Below are positions 48,601-62,300 of a DNA stretch of 64,000 nucleotides, one piece after another. The DNA is from Balanoglossus misakiensis (taxonomy: Eukaryota > Animalia > Hemichordata). The DNA lies in contig CM082587.2 of NCBI GenBank assembly GCA_040954595.2, forward strand, positions 11,351,403 through 11,415,402, in the 5' to 3' direction. Under the pieces are notes generated by a model, which was not told the DNA's origin, ran no database searches, and worked only from the letters and a program-made list of their open reading frames with translations. Within the stretch, counting starts at the first letter, position 1. Each line of letters starts with the position of its first letter. The position numbers and the translations under genes were made by a program.

Positions 48601-51600
48601 TTCCGAAAATGAAGAAAAGAGTTTATTTTTTATGATTTTTTAAAAATGTACCATTTTGTCAAAATATGGCCAAAATGGCTATTTTTTCTTGAATTCCGTC
48701 AATATCTCTGCATTTTTGGAGTGGTCGAAAGTTTTAACATACAATCAACATATCATATATGATCAGGGCACCAAATTCGAAGAACGAAGGTTTTTTTATT
48801 TTATTTTTCTAAAAATGACATTTTCAAGGAAAATTTGGTAAAACGCAATTTTGTCTGCAGTGAGCCAAATTAGACGGTCTTTTGTGGAATTTGTATCGAT
48901 ATATATATACGAAGAGCATTCTATACTCCATCAGATTTCCGAAAATGTAGAAAACAGGTATTTTTTGTAATTTTCAAAAATTTACCATTTTGACCAAATT
49001 GTGGTTAAAATTGTTATTTTCGTGTTGAATGCCGCCAGTGTCACTGCTTTTAAAAGTCATAAAAACTTTTAACATGCAAGCAATTGCTTATATATGATCA
49101 GGTCACCGAATTAAAAAAATAAAGAATGTTTTGCCTAAAAATGACCTTTTTGGTGCAAAAACGAATAAAACTCAATTTTGTATTAAATCAGCTCATTCAG
49201 AGTGCATTTTTTATAATCAGCACCATTTTTACATATATTGGAAATTTCATACTTCATCAGATATCCAAATATGAAAAGATGATTTACATTTAAGATGATT
49301 GTCCAAAATTAGCTGATATTTGATAAATGTAGTATTTAACCGTTCTGTTCCCCCCTACATTATATGCGGTACGCTGATGTCAGCTTACCCGGCAGTACTG
49401 CAGGCCGTGCCCCCAACTAACGTCGGTGTTTGAAACGCCCTGGTTAAATTCGGGCTTTCTCTATAAATTGACAGGCAATAAAGCAGTCCTACCGGAACAA
49501 ATGTCGAGTGTTGACCCGCTGTGACTTTCCCTGTTCGGTTTGCCCGACTTAGCCAACGTCTTTGTACTAGAGTGTCGGGTCTTTTGCAGAGCCAGGCCGA
49601 AGGAAATCCGACTTGATCACCGTTGCTAACGAACGCTAGTGTCTGTCATGGTGTGCCGGGGTTTTAGTCGAGCCAGGCCGTAGGAGATCTGACTTGATCA
49701 TCGTGGTCAATGTACGCGTGTTTCCGCTCTAAAGTGCCGGGGCTTCAGCTAAACCAGGCCGTAGGAAATCCGACGTAATCACCGTTGATAACTTACGCCA
49801 GTCTGTGTCATATAGAGCCGGTGCACCAGCCGAGTCACGCCGTAGGAAATCTGACTTGATCAACGTGGTCAATGTACGCCTGTTTCTGCTCTAGAGTGCC
49901 GGGGCTTCAGCTGAGCCAGGCCGTAGGAAACCCGACGTCATTACCGTTGTTAACTTACGCCAGTCTGTGTCCTATATATAGTGCCGGGGCATCAGCCGTG
50001 CCAGGCCGAAGGAAATGTGAGTAGATCAACGTGGTCTCTGTACGCGTGTTTCTGCTCTAGAGTGTCAGGGCTTTAGCAAAGCCATGCCGTAGGAAATCTG
50101 ACTTGATCAACGTTGCTAACGAACGCTAGTGTCTGTCATAGTGTGCCGGGGTTTTAGTCGAGCCAAGCCGTAGGAGATCAGACTTGATCAACGTGGTCTC
50201 TGTACGCGTGTTTCTGCTCTAGAGTGCCGGGGCTTTATCCAACCCATGCCGTTGAAAATCTGACTTGATCACCGTTGCTAACGTACGCTAGTGTCTGTCA
50301 TATTGTGACGAGATTTAGCCGTGCCAGGCCGTAGAAAAATCGACTTGTTCAACGTTATCAGTGTGCAACTGTTTCTGCTCTAGAGTGTCAGGGTTTTAGC
50401 CGACTTATGCTGTAGGAAATCTGAGTTGATAAACGGGAATTCAATGTTAGAAAACCCGTGTGGAAAGTATCTCTACCCGTTTGAAACTAAGAAAAGAATT
50501 TATTCTTATTTATTTTGTAAAAAAGACAATTTTTCGAAAACAAGTCGAAAATGGTAATTTTGTCTTGGGTGATTCAAATTATACCACATTTTCTGGAATT
50601 TGCAGCACTTTTTACAAGAGAACGACACTTCATGCTCCATAATATTTCCGAAAATGAAGAAAAGAGTTTATTTTTTATGATTTTTTAAAAATGTACCATT
50701 TTGTCAAAATATGGCCAAAATGGCTATTTTTTCTTGAATTCCGTCAATATCTCTGCATTTTTGGAGTGGTCGAAAGTTTTAACATACAATCAACATATCA
50801 TATATGATCAGGGCACCAAATTCGAAGAACGAAGGTTTTTTTATTTTATTTTTCTAAAAATGACATTTTCAAGGAAAATTTGGTAAAACGCAATTTTGTC
50901 TGCAGTGAGCCAAATTAGACGGTCTTTTGTGGAATTTGTATCGATATATATATACGAAGAGCATTCTATACTCCATCAGATTTCCGAAAATGTAGAAAAC
51001 AGGTATTTTTTGTAATTTTCAAAAATTTACCATTTTGACCAAATTGTGGTTAAAATTGTTATTTTCGTGTTGAATGCCGCCAGTGTCACTGCTTTTAAAA
51101 GTCATAAAAACTTTTAACATGCAAGCAATTGCTTATATATGATCAGGTCACCGAATTAAAAAAATAAAGAATGTTTTGCCTAAAAATGACCTTTTTGGTG
51201 CAAAAACGAATAAAACGCAATTTTGTATTAAATCAGCTCATTCAGAGTGCATTTTTTATAATCAGCACCATTTTTACATATATTGGAAATTTCATACATC
51301 ATCAGATATCCAAATATGAAAAGATGATTTACATTTTAGATGATTGTCCAAAATTAGCTGATATCTGATAAATGTAGTATTTAACCGTTCTGTTCCCCCC
51401 CCCCCCCCCTACATTATATGCGGTACGCTGATGTCAGCTTACCCGGCAGTACTGCAGGCCGTGCCCCCAACTAACGTCGGTGTTTGAAACGCCCTGGTTA
51501 AATTCGGGCTTTCTCTATAAATTGACAGGCAATAAAGCAGTCCTACCGGAACAAATGTTGAGTGTTGACCCGCTGTGACTTTCCCTGTTCGGTTTGCCCG

Positions 51601-54600
51601 ACTTAGCCAACGTCTCTGTACTAGAGTGTCGGGTCTTTTGCAGAGCCAGGCCGAAGGAAATCCGACTTGATCACCGTTGCTAACGAACGCTAGTGTCTGT
51701 CATGGTGTGCCGGGGTTTTAGTCGAGCCAGGCCGTAGGAGATCTGACTTGATCATCGTGGTCAATGTACGCGTGTTTCCGCTCTAAAGTGCCGGGGCTTC
51801 AGCTAAACCAGGCCGTAGGAAATCCGACGTAATCACCGTTGATAACTTACGCCAGTCTGTGTCATATAGAGCCGGTGCACCAGCCGAGTCACGCCGTAGG
51901 AAATCTGACTTGATCAACGTGGTCAATGTACGCCTGTTTCTGCTCTAGAGTGCCGGGGCTTCAGCTGAGCCATGCCGTAGGAAATCTGACTTGATCAACG
52001 TTGCTAACGAACGCTAGTGTCTGTCATAGTGTGCCGGGGTTTTAGTCGAGCCAAGCCGTAGGAGATCAGACTTGATCAACGTGGTCTCTGTACGCGTGTT
52101 TCTGCTCTAGAGTGCCGGGGCTTTATCCAACCCATGCCGTTGAAAATCTGACTTGATCACCGTTGCTAACGTACGCTAGTGTCTGTCATATTGTGACGAG
52201 ATTTAGCCGTGCCAGGCCATAGAAAAATCGACTTGTTCAACGTTATCAGTGTGCAACTGTTTCTGCTCTAGAGTGTCAGGGTTTTAGCCGACTTATGCTG
52301 TAGGAAATCTGAGTTGATAAACGGGAATTCAATGTTAGAAAACCCGTGTGGAAAGTATCTCTACCCGTTTGAAACTAAGAAAAGAATTTATTCTTATTTA
52401 TTTTGTAAAAAAGACAATTTTTCGAAAACAAGTCGAAAATGGTAATTTTGTCTTGGGTGATTCAAATTATACCACATTTTCTGGAATTTGCAGCACTTTT
52501 TACAAGAGAACGACACTTCATGCTCCATAATATTTCCGAAAATGAAGAAAAGAGTTTATTTTTTATGATTTTTTAAAAATGTACCATTTTGTCAAAATAT
52601 GGCCAAAATGGCTATTTTTTCTTGAATTCCGTCAATATCTCTGCATTTTTGGAGTGGTCGAAAGTTTTAACATACAATCAACATATCATATATGATCAGG
52701 GCACCAAATTCGAAGAACGAAGGTTTTTTTATTTTATTTTTCTAAAAATGACATTTTCAAGGAAAATTTGGTAAAACGCAATTTTGTCTGCAGTGAGCCA
52801 AATTAGACGGTCTTTTGTGGAATTTGTATCGATATATATATACGAAGAGCATTCTATACTCCATCAGATTTCCGAAAATGTAGAAAACAGGTATTTTTTG
52901 TAATTTTCAAAAATTTACCATTTTGACCAAATTGTGGTTAAAATTGTTATTTTCGTGTTGAATGCCGCCAGTGTCACTGCTTTTAAAAGTCATAAAAACT
53001 TTTAACATGCAAGCAATTGCTTATATATGATCAGGTCACCGAATTAAAAAAATAAAGAATGTTTTGCCTAAAAATGACCTTTTTGGTGCAAAAACGAATA
53101 AAACGCAATTTTGTATTAAATCAGCTCATTCAGAGTGCATTTTTTATAATCAGCACCATTTTTACATATATTGGAAATTTCATACATCATCAGATATCCA
53201 AATATGAAAAGATGATTTACATTTTAGATGATTGTCCAAAATTAGCTGATATCTGATAAATGTAGTATTTAACCGTTCTGTTCCCCCCCCCCCTACATTA
53301 TATGCGGTACGCTGATGTCAGCTTACCCGGCAGTACTGCAGGCCGTGCCCCCAACTAACGTCGGTGTTTGAAACGCCCTGGTTAAATTCGGGCTTTCTCT
53401 ATAAATTGACAGGCAAAAATGCAGTCCTACCGGAACAAATGTCGAGTGTTGACCCGCTGTGACTTTCCCTGTTCGGTTTGCCCGACTTAGCCAACGTCTT
53501 TGTACTAGAGTGTCGGGTCTTTTGCAGAGCCAGGCCGAAGGAAATCCGACTTGATCACCGTTGCTAACGAACGCTAGTGTCTGTCTTGGTGTGCCGGGGT
53601 TTTAGTCGAGCCAGGCCGTAGGAGATCTGACTTGATCATCGTGGTCAATGTACGCGTGTTTCCGCTCTAAAGTGCCGGGGCTTCAGCTAAACCAGGCCGT
53701 AGGAAATCCGACGTAATCACCGTTGATAACTTACGCCAGTCTGTGTCATATAGAGCCGGTGCACCAGCCGAGTCACGCCGTAGGAAATCTGACTTGATCA
53801 ACGTGGTCAATGTACGCCTGTTTCTGCTCTAGAGTGCCGGGGCTTCAGCTGAGCCAGGCCGTAGGAAACCCGACGTCATTACCGTTGTTAACTTACGCCA
53901 GTCTGTGTCCTATATATAGTGCCGGGGCATCAGCCGTGCCAGGCCGAAAGAAATGTGAGTAGATCAACGTGGTCTCTGTACGCGTGTTTCTGCTCTAGAG
54001 TGTCAGGGCTTTAGCAAAGCCATGCCGTAGGAAATCTGACTTGATCAACGTTGCTAACGAACGCTAGTGTCTGTCATAGTGTGCCGGGGTTTTAGTCGAG
54101 CCAAGCCGTAGGAGATCAGACTTGATCAACGTGGTCTCTGTACGCGTGTTTCTGCTCTAGAGTGCCGGGGCTTTATCCAACCCATGCCGTTGAAAATCTG
54201 ACTTGATCACCGTTGCTAACGTACGATAGTGTCTGTCATATTGTGACGGAGATTTAGCCGAGCCAGGCCGTAGAAAAATCGACTTGTTCAACGTTACCAG
54301 TGTGCAACTGTTTCTGCTCTAAAGTCTCAGGGTTTTAGCCGACTTATGCTGTAGGAAATCTGAGTTGATGAACGGGAATTCAATGTTAGAAAACCCGTGT
54401 GGAAAGTATCTCTACCCGTTTGAAACTAAGAAAAGAATTAATTCTTATTTATTTTGTAAAAAAGACAATTTTTCGAAAAAAAGTCGAAAATGGTAATTTT
54501 GTCTTGGGTGATTCAAATTATACCGCCTTTTCTGGAATTTGCAGCACTTTTTACAAGAGAACGACACTTCATGCTCCATAATATTTCCGAAAATGAAGAA

Positions 54601-55505
54601 AAGAGTTAATTTTTTATGATTTTTTAAAAATTACCATTTTTGTCAAAATATGGCCAAAATGGCTATTTTTTCTTGAATTCCGTCAATATCTCTGCATTTT
54701 TGGAAAGTTTTAACATACAATCAACATGTCATATATGATCAGGGCACCAAATTCGAAGATAAAAGGTTTTTTTATTTTTTTTTTCTAAAAATGACATTTT
54801 CAAGGAAAATTTTGTAAAACGCAATTTTGTCTGCAGTGAGCCAAATTAGACGGTCTTTTGTGGAATTTGTATCGATATATACGTACGAAGAGCATTCTAT
54901 ACTCCATCAGATTTCCGAAAATGTAGAAAACAGGTATTTTTTGTAATTTTCAAAAATTTACCATTTTGACCAAATTGTGGCTAAAATTGTTATTTTCGTG
55001 TTGAATGCCGCCAGTGTCACTGCTTTTAAAAGTCATAAAAACTTTTAACATACAAGCAATTGTTTATATATGATCAGGTCACCGAATTAAAAAAATAAAG
55101 AATGTTTTGCCTAAAAATGACCTTTTTGGTGCAAAAACGAATAAAACGCAATTTTGCATTAAATCAGCTCATTCAGAGTGCATTTTTATAATCAGCACCA
55201 TTTTTACATATAATGGAAATGTCATACATCATCAGATATCCAAATATGAAAAGATGATTTACATTTTAGATGATTGTCCAAAATTAGCTGATATCTGATA
55301 AATGTAGTATTTAACCGTTCTGTCCCCCCCCCCCCTACATTATATGCGGTACGCTGATGTCAGCTTACCCGGCAGTACTGCAGGCCGTGCCCCCAACTAA
55401 CGTCGGTGTTTGAAACGCCCTGGTTAAATTTGGGCTTTCTCTATAAATTGACAGGCAATAATGCAGTCCTACCGGAACAAATGTCGAGTGTTGACCCGCT
55501 GTGAC
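45629..55505. repeat. Macrosatellite array, block 4 (about 5 units)
   Basis: Markers near 46453, 48503, 50548, 52436 and 54487. One interval is ~1888 bp (162-bp dimer lost near 51970). Confidence 0.98.
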
Positions 55506-55574
55506 TTTTTTTTTTTTTTTTTTTTTTTAATACTTTTTATTGGGAACACAAACAGTCATTTTGATACATAAGTA

Positions 55575-55607
<33 letters not shown>

Positions 55608-58600
55608 ACAATTATTTTTTGGTTTTTTTGGAAGCATAACTTAATGGAAAGAAGAGAAAAAAAAAACAATCTGGTATTCTCAGTTTGTTATATACCTCAT
55701 AAGTGATGACCATTTTTTAAGATGAAAATACATTTTATGATTTGCAGTTGCAATCATAAGTTCAATTTCATGTATGTTTTTGAGCTGAACAATAAACCCA
55801 GTGATATTCGGAATTCGATTATTTAATTTACAGTAGTAAATGTACATTCTAACTTGCATTGCTATAAAATTGACTATAAAAGTCTCGTTTGGGTCACCCA
55901 AAACCATACATAACACTGATGGTGGTTTTTTCAATTTAAGAGGGATACCCAACGTAAACAGTAGGTCCCTCCAGAGAGCAGTAGTACAATTGCAACTATG
56001 AAATAAATGGTCGATGGACTCTGTTTCCACTTTACATAAATCACAAAGAGCAGTTGGAAATTTCTGTGGATTGTACCTGTTTAGCTGTTTGTTTGTATAC
56101 AAAATATTGTGAAGTAATTTAAATTGAAAAGCTCTAGCCTTACAATGTATTGATAACTTGTAAGTGAAGTCATACATTTTTTCCCAGTTTAGATTAAATA
56201 TATTCAACATTTTTTCCAGTGTTGCTTGACTTTTTGGAGTCTCTATAATACGGTCGTTCAAATTACATTTCAAACTCTTTTTCGTTAAAGTGTCTAAATT
56301 ACAGATTGTGCCATTCAATGAAATACAAAGCTTATGTACACTATGTGCTTTGGTACAATTTTTTAACTTGTTTGGAACAGAAAGTGTCAATCCTAACCAC
56401 TTCAATTTCTGATTTAAATTCAGGCCTTTCTGCTCAAATACAGACCATGATACTCTATTAAAACCTGTAAACATGTCAGGGATGAAATTAAAGCCAGCGT
56501 CAGAAAAAGCCTTATAAAATACCGACTTTCCTCCAACGAGGACGTTTCTGTTGTTCCAAATCACCTGGTCTGTAGTATTTGGAATTATGTTGATTTCTGA
56601 CCATGTGACAAGACAATTATTTATAAAACTGGAAACTTGGACAGGCAAAAGATTGGTGCGGAAGTTACATTTAAAAAGTAATTTTCCACCGACTTTCTCT
56701 AAACTGTGTAAGACAATGTGTTTCCAAGGGTGTTTACATTCCTCATTCAACAGGCGTTTAATCAGTAATACTTGCTTTGTTTTTATCATCACATCTAAAT
56801 TGGGCATTTTTAAGCCTCCTTGGCCCACCTCCCCTATCATTACATTCCTGCGAACCCGGTCTTGTCCATTCCAGAGAAAATTATAAATTAACTTATGAAC
56901 CCGACCTATTACTTCATTAGGAAAAATTACATGTGTAAGCACATATGTTAATTTGGAAATTGCCAATGACTTAATAACTTGAACTTTCCCAATGATGGTC
57001 AAATTCCTAGTTTTCCACATATTGAGGACCTTTTTTAGATTTTCGACTGGGGTAACAATATTTTTTTCCTGGGCAATTTTTTCATTATAAGAAAAATGAA
57101 TCCCCACAATCTTGATAGTAGGGGTGGGCCACTTTACCCCGAACGCCTCATCTTTTCGAAGTCTCCATTTCCCAAGCCAAACAGCTTCTGTCTTATCTTT
57201 GTTGACTTTCAAACCAGAAGCATTATAAAAGGAAGTTAACATTTCAAAAACAATTCTTACAGAGTTTTCATTTGATAAAAAACAGGTCATATCGTCGGCG
57301 AACGCCGACTCCTTAATTTCAACACTGCCAATATTGATACCACTAATTTGCCGGTTATTTCTTATTGAATGCAAGAGTGTTTCTAAAACCAGAATAAATA
57401 ACATAGGTGACAAAGGGTCGCCTTGGCGCACTCCCTTCTCAAGCTTAAAATAGCCAGTCCCAAACCCATTGTTCATTACAGTGCTTTCAATGTTAAAATA
57501 TAAGGCTTTAACCCAGTTGATGAAGGACACTCCAAAATTAAAGGATGACAATGTATTGTAGAGATAATCCCAACTTACAGTGTCAAAAGCTTTTTCGAAA
57601 TCTATGGCTAATAAAATTGCTGGAATATCAGCATTACAGGTGTGATGAAAAATCTCATCTATCAAACGGATATAATCACCAATGTTTCTCCCCCGGACAA
57701 AGGCCGCTTGGGAGTCACCAATTAAGCAGGGCAAAACTTTCTCAATACGTTTAACAAGGCATTTTGAAGCAAGCATCATGTCAACATTCATAAGGGAGAT
57801 TGGTCTCCAATTTTTCAGATAGAGTTGATCCTTCCCAGGTTTATCAATCAGAGTTATGACACTCTGTTTCTGTGAATTTGAAAATTCCCCCGTTCTGTAA
57901 CCATAATTGAGAGAATTCAAAACTAAATTCCCCACCTGTGGCCAAAACGCCACGTAAAATTCTTTTGTAAGGCCATCATTGCCGGGGCGTTTGTTGTCTG
58001 GAAGGGAGAGAAGAACAGAGAAAACTTCCCCAGGGGTCAAAGGACCCTCACACAAAACTTTATCATTCTCTGACAACATTGGTAAATTTGCATCCAGGAA
58101 ATAATGCACATCGTTGGAGTTTGTGGCGCACCTTGAGTAAAGCTTGGCATAAAACTGCTTAATTTCACACAAAATATTATTTGGGTTGTCTATAATTGTA
58201 TACTCATCTTTCTTCAAATTGCTGATACTCGAGTTGCGTTTATTTACCTTTTCCAAACCTAAAAAGAACTTGTTACATTTTTCACCTTTCTCGTACCAAT
58301 TAATCCTGGATCTTACGACCGCTCCTTCTGTAATATAATCATAAACTTTCTCCAAATCACTCTTTGCTGACTCGAGCATCTCGTAATTTTGCACTGTAGG
58401 ATGATCAGAACAAAGACCCTCAAGAAAATTCACCGACAGTTCAAGATTCTGTAAATTCTGTCTACGTTTTTTCGCCACTGTTTTGCTGTAGTCAATCACA
58501 AAACCTCTAATCTTAAATTTTATGAAGTCCCAACGAACCCCATCATTTAACCTAGTGGATTCACTAATCCACTCGTCAATATTATCGTGCAGAATGGTTT

Positions 58601-59170
58601 TGAAAGTACTGTCGTAAATTAAACTAGAATTAAACTTCCAGTAGCCAGGACCCCGCTCGTTTTGGCAAGATTTATACACCAAAGAGACAGCTGAATGGTC
58701 GGAATCCACTCCAGGAATAATCTGAACGCTACTGATTTGTTGCTGTAAATCGCTAGAAATGAAAAAATAATCAAGTCTACTCTGAGTGATATAAGGCCTG
58801 CGCCTTCTCCAGGTAAAACCTCTCTTTTCTTCATGACGCACCCTCCATATATCAATCAAATTGAAGACGTCAGATATCCTATCTAAAAGAGCAATGGACT
58901 TTCCCCATGGTTTAGGATTGCCTCCTGAGCGATCAAGGGCAATATTATAGGTGAAATTTAAATCCCCTCCTAAAATGACAATTGTGTTGGGATCGGTTAC
59001 ATATTTGACCAGCAAAAAATACATTTCTTCTAGAAAAATTACATGCTCTTTCTCTATATTGGGTGCATATACATTAAGTAGTATACAAGGCGTATTGTCT
59101 AAATTTACATCAATAAGAATAAATCTACCCATATCGTCAGTTACAGAATTGTTAACTATAATATTTGGGT
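55506..59170 (-). mobile_element. L1/Tx1-clade LINE: poly(A) tail, 3' UTR and most of ORF2
   Basis: Poly-T at 55506-55528 at the satellite site GTGACTTT, with AATAAA on the minus strand near 55536-55541. ORF2 is interrupted at ~59170 by the Helentron-type cluster. Confidence 0.94.
55680..59170 (-). CDS. L1/Tx1 ORF2 (APE endonuclease, RT, C-terminal Cys/His), N-terminus absent
   Basis: D..GRFI, NVYAPN, GGDLN, SRLDYF, SDH, GPGYWKFN, WRPISL, DFEKAFD, GVRQGDPLSP, FADD, CDLC..E...HLF..C. The first few residues of the track ORF (to 59189) come from the neighbouring repeat. Confidence 0.94.
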
Positions 59171-59386
59171 TATTAGGGCCCAAGCGCATACCAGCGCTTG
59201 GGCCCTATTGGTTTCGTTGGGGTTTTTACGGGCCCAAGCCAAGCCAGGCTTGGGCCCGTATTGGTTTCGTTGGGGTTTTTAGGGCCCAAGCGCAAGCAAG
59301 CGCTTGGGCCCTATTGGTTTCGTTGGAATTTTTAGGGCCCAAGCGCATACCAGCGCTTGGGCCCTATTGGTTTCGTTGGGGTTTTT
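59170..59386 (+). repeat. Four stacked ~54-bp hairpin heads
   Basis: Copies at about 59171, 59227, 59280 and 59333. Heads 1 and 4 are identical; head 2 is the most divergent. Confidence 0.92.
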
Positions 59387-62300
59387 CTGTCTTTCTTTCT
59401 TTCTTTCTTTCTTTATTCTTGTGTCATTTCTTTGTCGCTCTAGATCTCAGACACCGCTGCAGGTACACTTCTCAAACTTGCTACAGTGGTCAAGGTCAAT
59501 GGGTAGTCGTGCATTGAACTCTTGAATTTTTAATTAGTCACGTGACATGGCGGCCATATTGGATTTTCTGAAAAAATGCAAATCTCAGATCTCAGAAACT
59601 ACAAGTCAGATCGACTTCAAATTTGGTGTGCAGGTAGTCTACGTTTTACCCATCATTTTTGTAATTGGATATTTTGCTGTAAATGTTGCAGTTTTTTTGC
59701 TACAATTTTTTTTCTGAAATCTGGCTTAAATTTCAAAAATCTTCTTCTCCAGAACCGGTGATAACCGAGTGACGCGGTTTGGGGTATGTGGTCACCTAAC
59801 TGATGTCTATCAAGTTTGATAAGAAGCATTGTGATTGGTCGAAGATTATGGCGGCCATATTGGATTTTCGAAAAACCATAGTAAAACTGCAAAAATCTTC
59901 TTCTCCAGAACGGGCGATAACTGAGTCGCAAGATTCGGGGAGTATGGTCACAACACTGATGTCTATCAAGTTTGTAAAGAGCATTGTGATTGGTTGAAGA
60001 TTATGGCGGCCATATTGGATTTTGTAAAAAGCAGTGAAAAATTGAAATTCCTTTTCCTAGTCTAAAAATTGACAGCATACAAATTCTTTTCATGGATATC
60101 AATCATCATATGACTAAAATATGTTACAAATTTTTGGCGATTTTTCACATGACCTTTGACCTACTTATCACGCGTTATTATTTCTGCATATCTAATTCCA
60201 GGCTAACCTATAGGGCTAGACTTTTGGTTTTTGATGCATGTGGATTAGTGTGTGATCAAAATATTTTGCTACTTTTCATGACCCCTTTGACCTCTGCTGA
60301 CCTCATTAATTATGTACATAGCTAATTACAGGCGAACCAATAGAGCTAGAGGTTTGGTTTTTGTTGGACATGGACCAGTATGGGATCAAATTTTTTTGCC
60401 CAAATGTTGGGTGACCTCTGGTGACCTTTGACCTTCTTTCGCATATCTCAGCATCCAGAGCAGATACAGCCATGGCATTTTGCAGGATGGGACCAAAATG
60501 TAAAGCCACATTTTTGGGTCACCTGTGACACCTGCTGACCTCATTAAACATGCACATACCTAATTACAGGCGAACCAATAGAGCTAGAGTTTTGGTTTTT
60601 GTTGGACATGGACCAGTATGGGTCAAGAAATTTTGCCCAAATGTTGGGTGACCTCAGGTGACCTTTGACCTACTTCACCCTATTTCAGCAGCAAAAATAC
60701 ACACGTCCTTGTTATGTCATGAGATAATACACCAGATAGAAAATTCTGTTTCTTCTCATTCATACTGTGCATATATAATTCGAGATCAGCGCTTGGGCCC
60801 GACAATGCTGCTTGCAGCTTTAATTCTTTCTTTCTTTCTTTCTTTCTTTATTCTTGTGTCAATTCTTCGGCCAACGAGATCTCTGAAACTACTGCAGGTA
60901 CACTTCTCAAACTTGCTACAGTGGTCAAGGTCAATGAGTAGATGTGCAGTGACTTGTGAATACTTAATTAGTCACGTGACCTGGCGGCCATATTGGATTT
61001 TCTGAAAAAATGCAAATCTCAGATCTCAGAAACTACAAGTCAGATCGACTTCAAATTTGGCATGCAGGTAGACTACCTTCTGCCCATCATTTTTGTAATC
61101 GGAAATTATGCTGTAAAAGTTGCAGTTTTTTTGCTACAATTTTTTTCCTGAAATCTGGCTTAAATTTCAAAAATCTTCTTCTCCAGAACCGGTGATAACC
61201 GAGACACGCGGTTTGGGGTATGTGGTCACCTAACTGATGTCTATCAAGTTTGCGAAGATCATTGTGATTGGTCGAAGATTATGGCGGCCATATTGGATTT
61301 TCGAAAAACCATAGTTAAACTCCAAAAATCTTATTCTCCAGAACGGTCGATGACTGAGTCGCAAGATTCGGGGAGTATGGTCACTACACTGTTGTCTATC
61401 AAATTTGCAAAGAGCATTGTGATTGGTCGAAGATTATGGCGGCCATATTGGATTTTGTAAAAAGCAGTGAAAAATTGAAATTCCTTTTTCTAGTCTAAAA
61501 ATTGATAGCATACAAATTCTTTTAATGGATATCAATCGTCATGTGAGTAAAATATGTTACAATTTTTTGGAGATTTTTCACATGACCTTTGACCTACTTA
61601 TCACGCATTATTATTTTAGCATATCTAATTCCAGGCTAACCTATAGGGCTAGACGTTTGGTTTTTGATGCATGTGGATTAGTGTGTGATCAAAATATTTT
61701 GCTACTTTTCATGACCTCTGCTGACCTCATTAATTATGTACATAGCTAATTACGGGCGAACCAATAGAGCTAGAGGTTTGGTTTTTGTTGGACATGGACC
61801 AGTATGGGATCAAAATTGTTTGCCCAAATTTTGGGTGACCTCTGGTGACCTTTGACCTACTTTCGCATATCTCAGCATCCAGAGCAGATACAGCCATGAC
61901 ATTTGGCAGGATGGGACCAAAATGTAAAGCCACATTTTTGGGTCACCTGTGACACTTGCTGACCTCATTAAATATGCACATACCTAATTACAGGCAAACC
62001 AATAGAGCTAGAGTTTTGGTTTTTGTTGGACATGGAACAGTATGGGTCAAAAAATTTTGCCCAAATGTTTGGTGACCTCAGGTGACCTTTGACCTACTTT
62101 CGCATATCTCAGCATCCAGAGCAGATACAGCCTTGGCATTTGGCAGGATGGGACCAAAATGTAAAGCCACATTTTTGGGTCACCAGAGACACCTGCTGAC
62201 CTCATTAGATATGCACATACCTAATTACAGACGAACCAATAGAGCTAGAGTTTTGGTTTTTGTTGGACATGGACGAATATGGATAAAAAAAAATTTCCCA

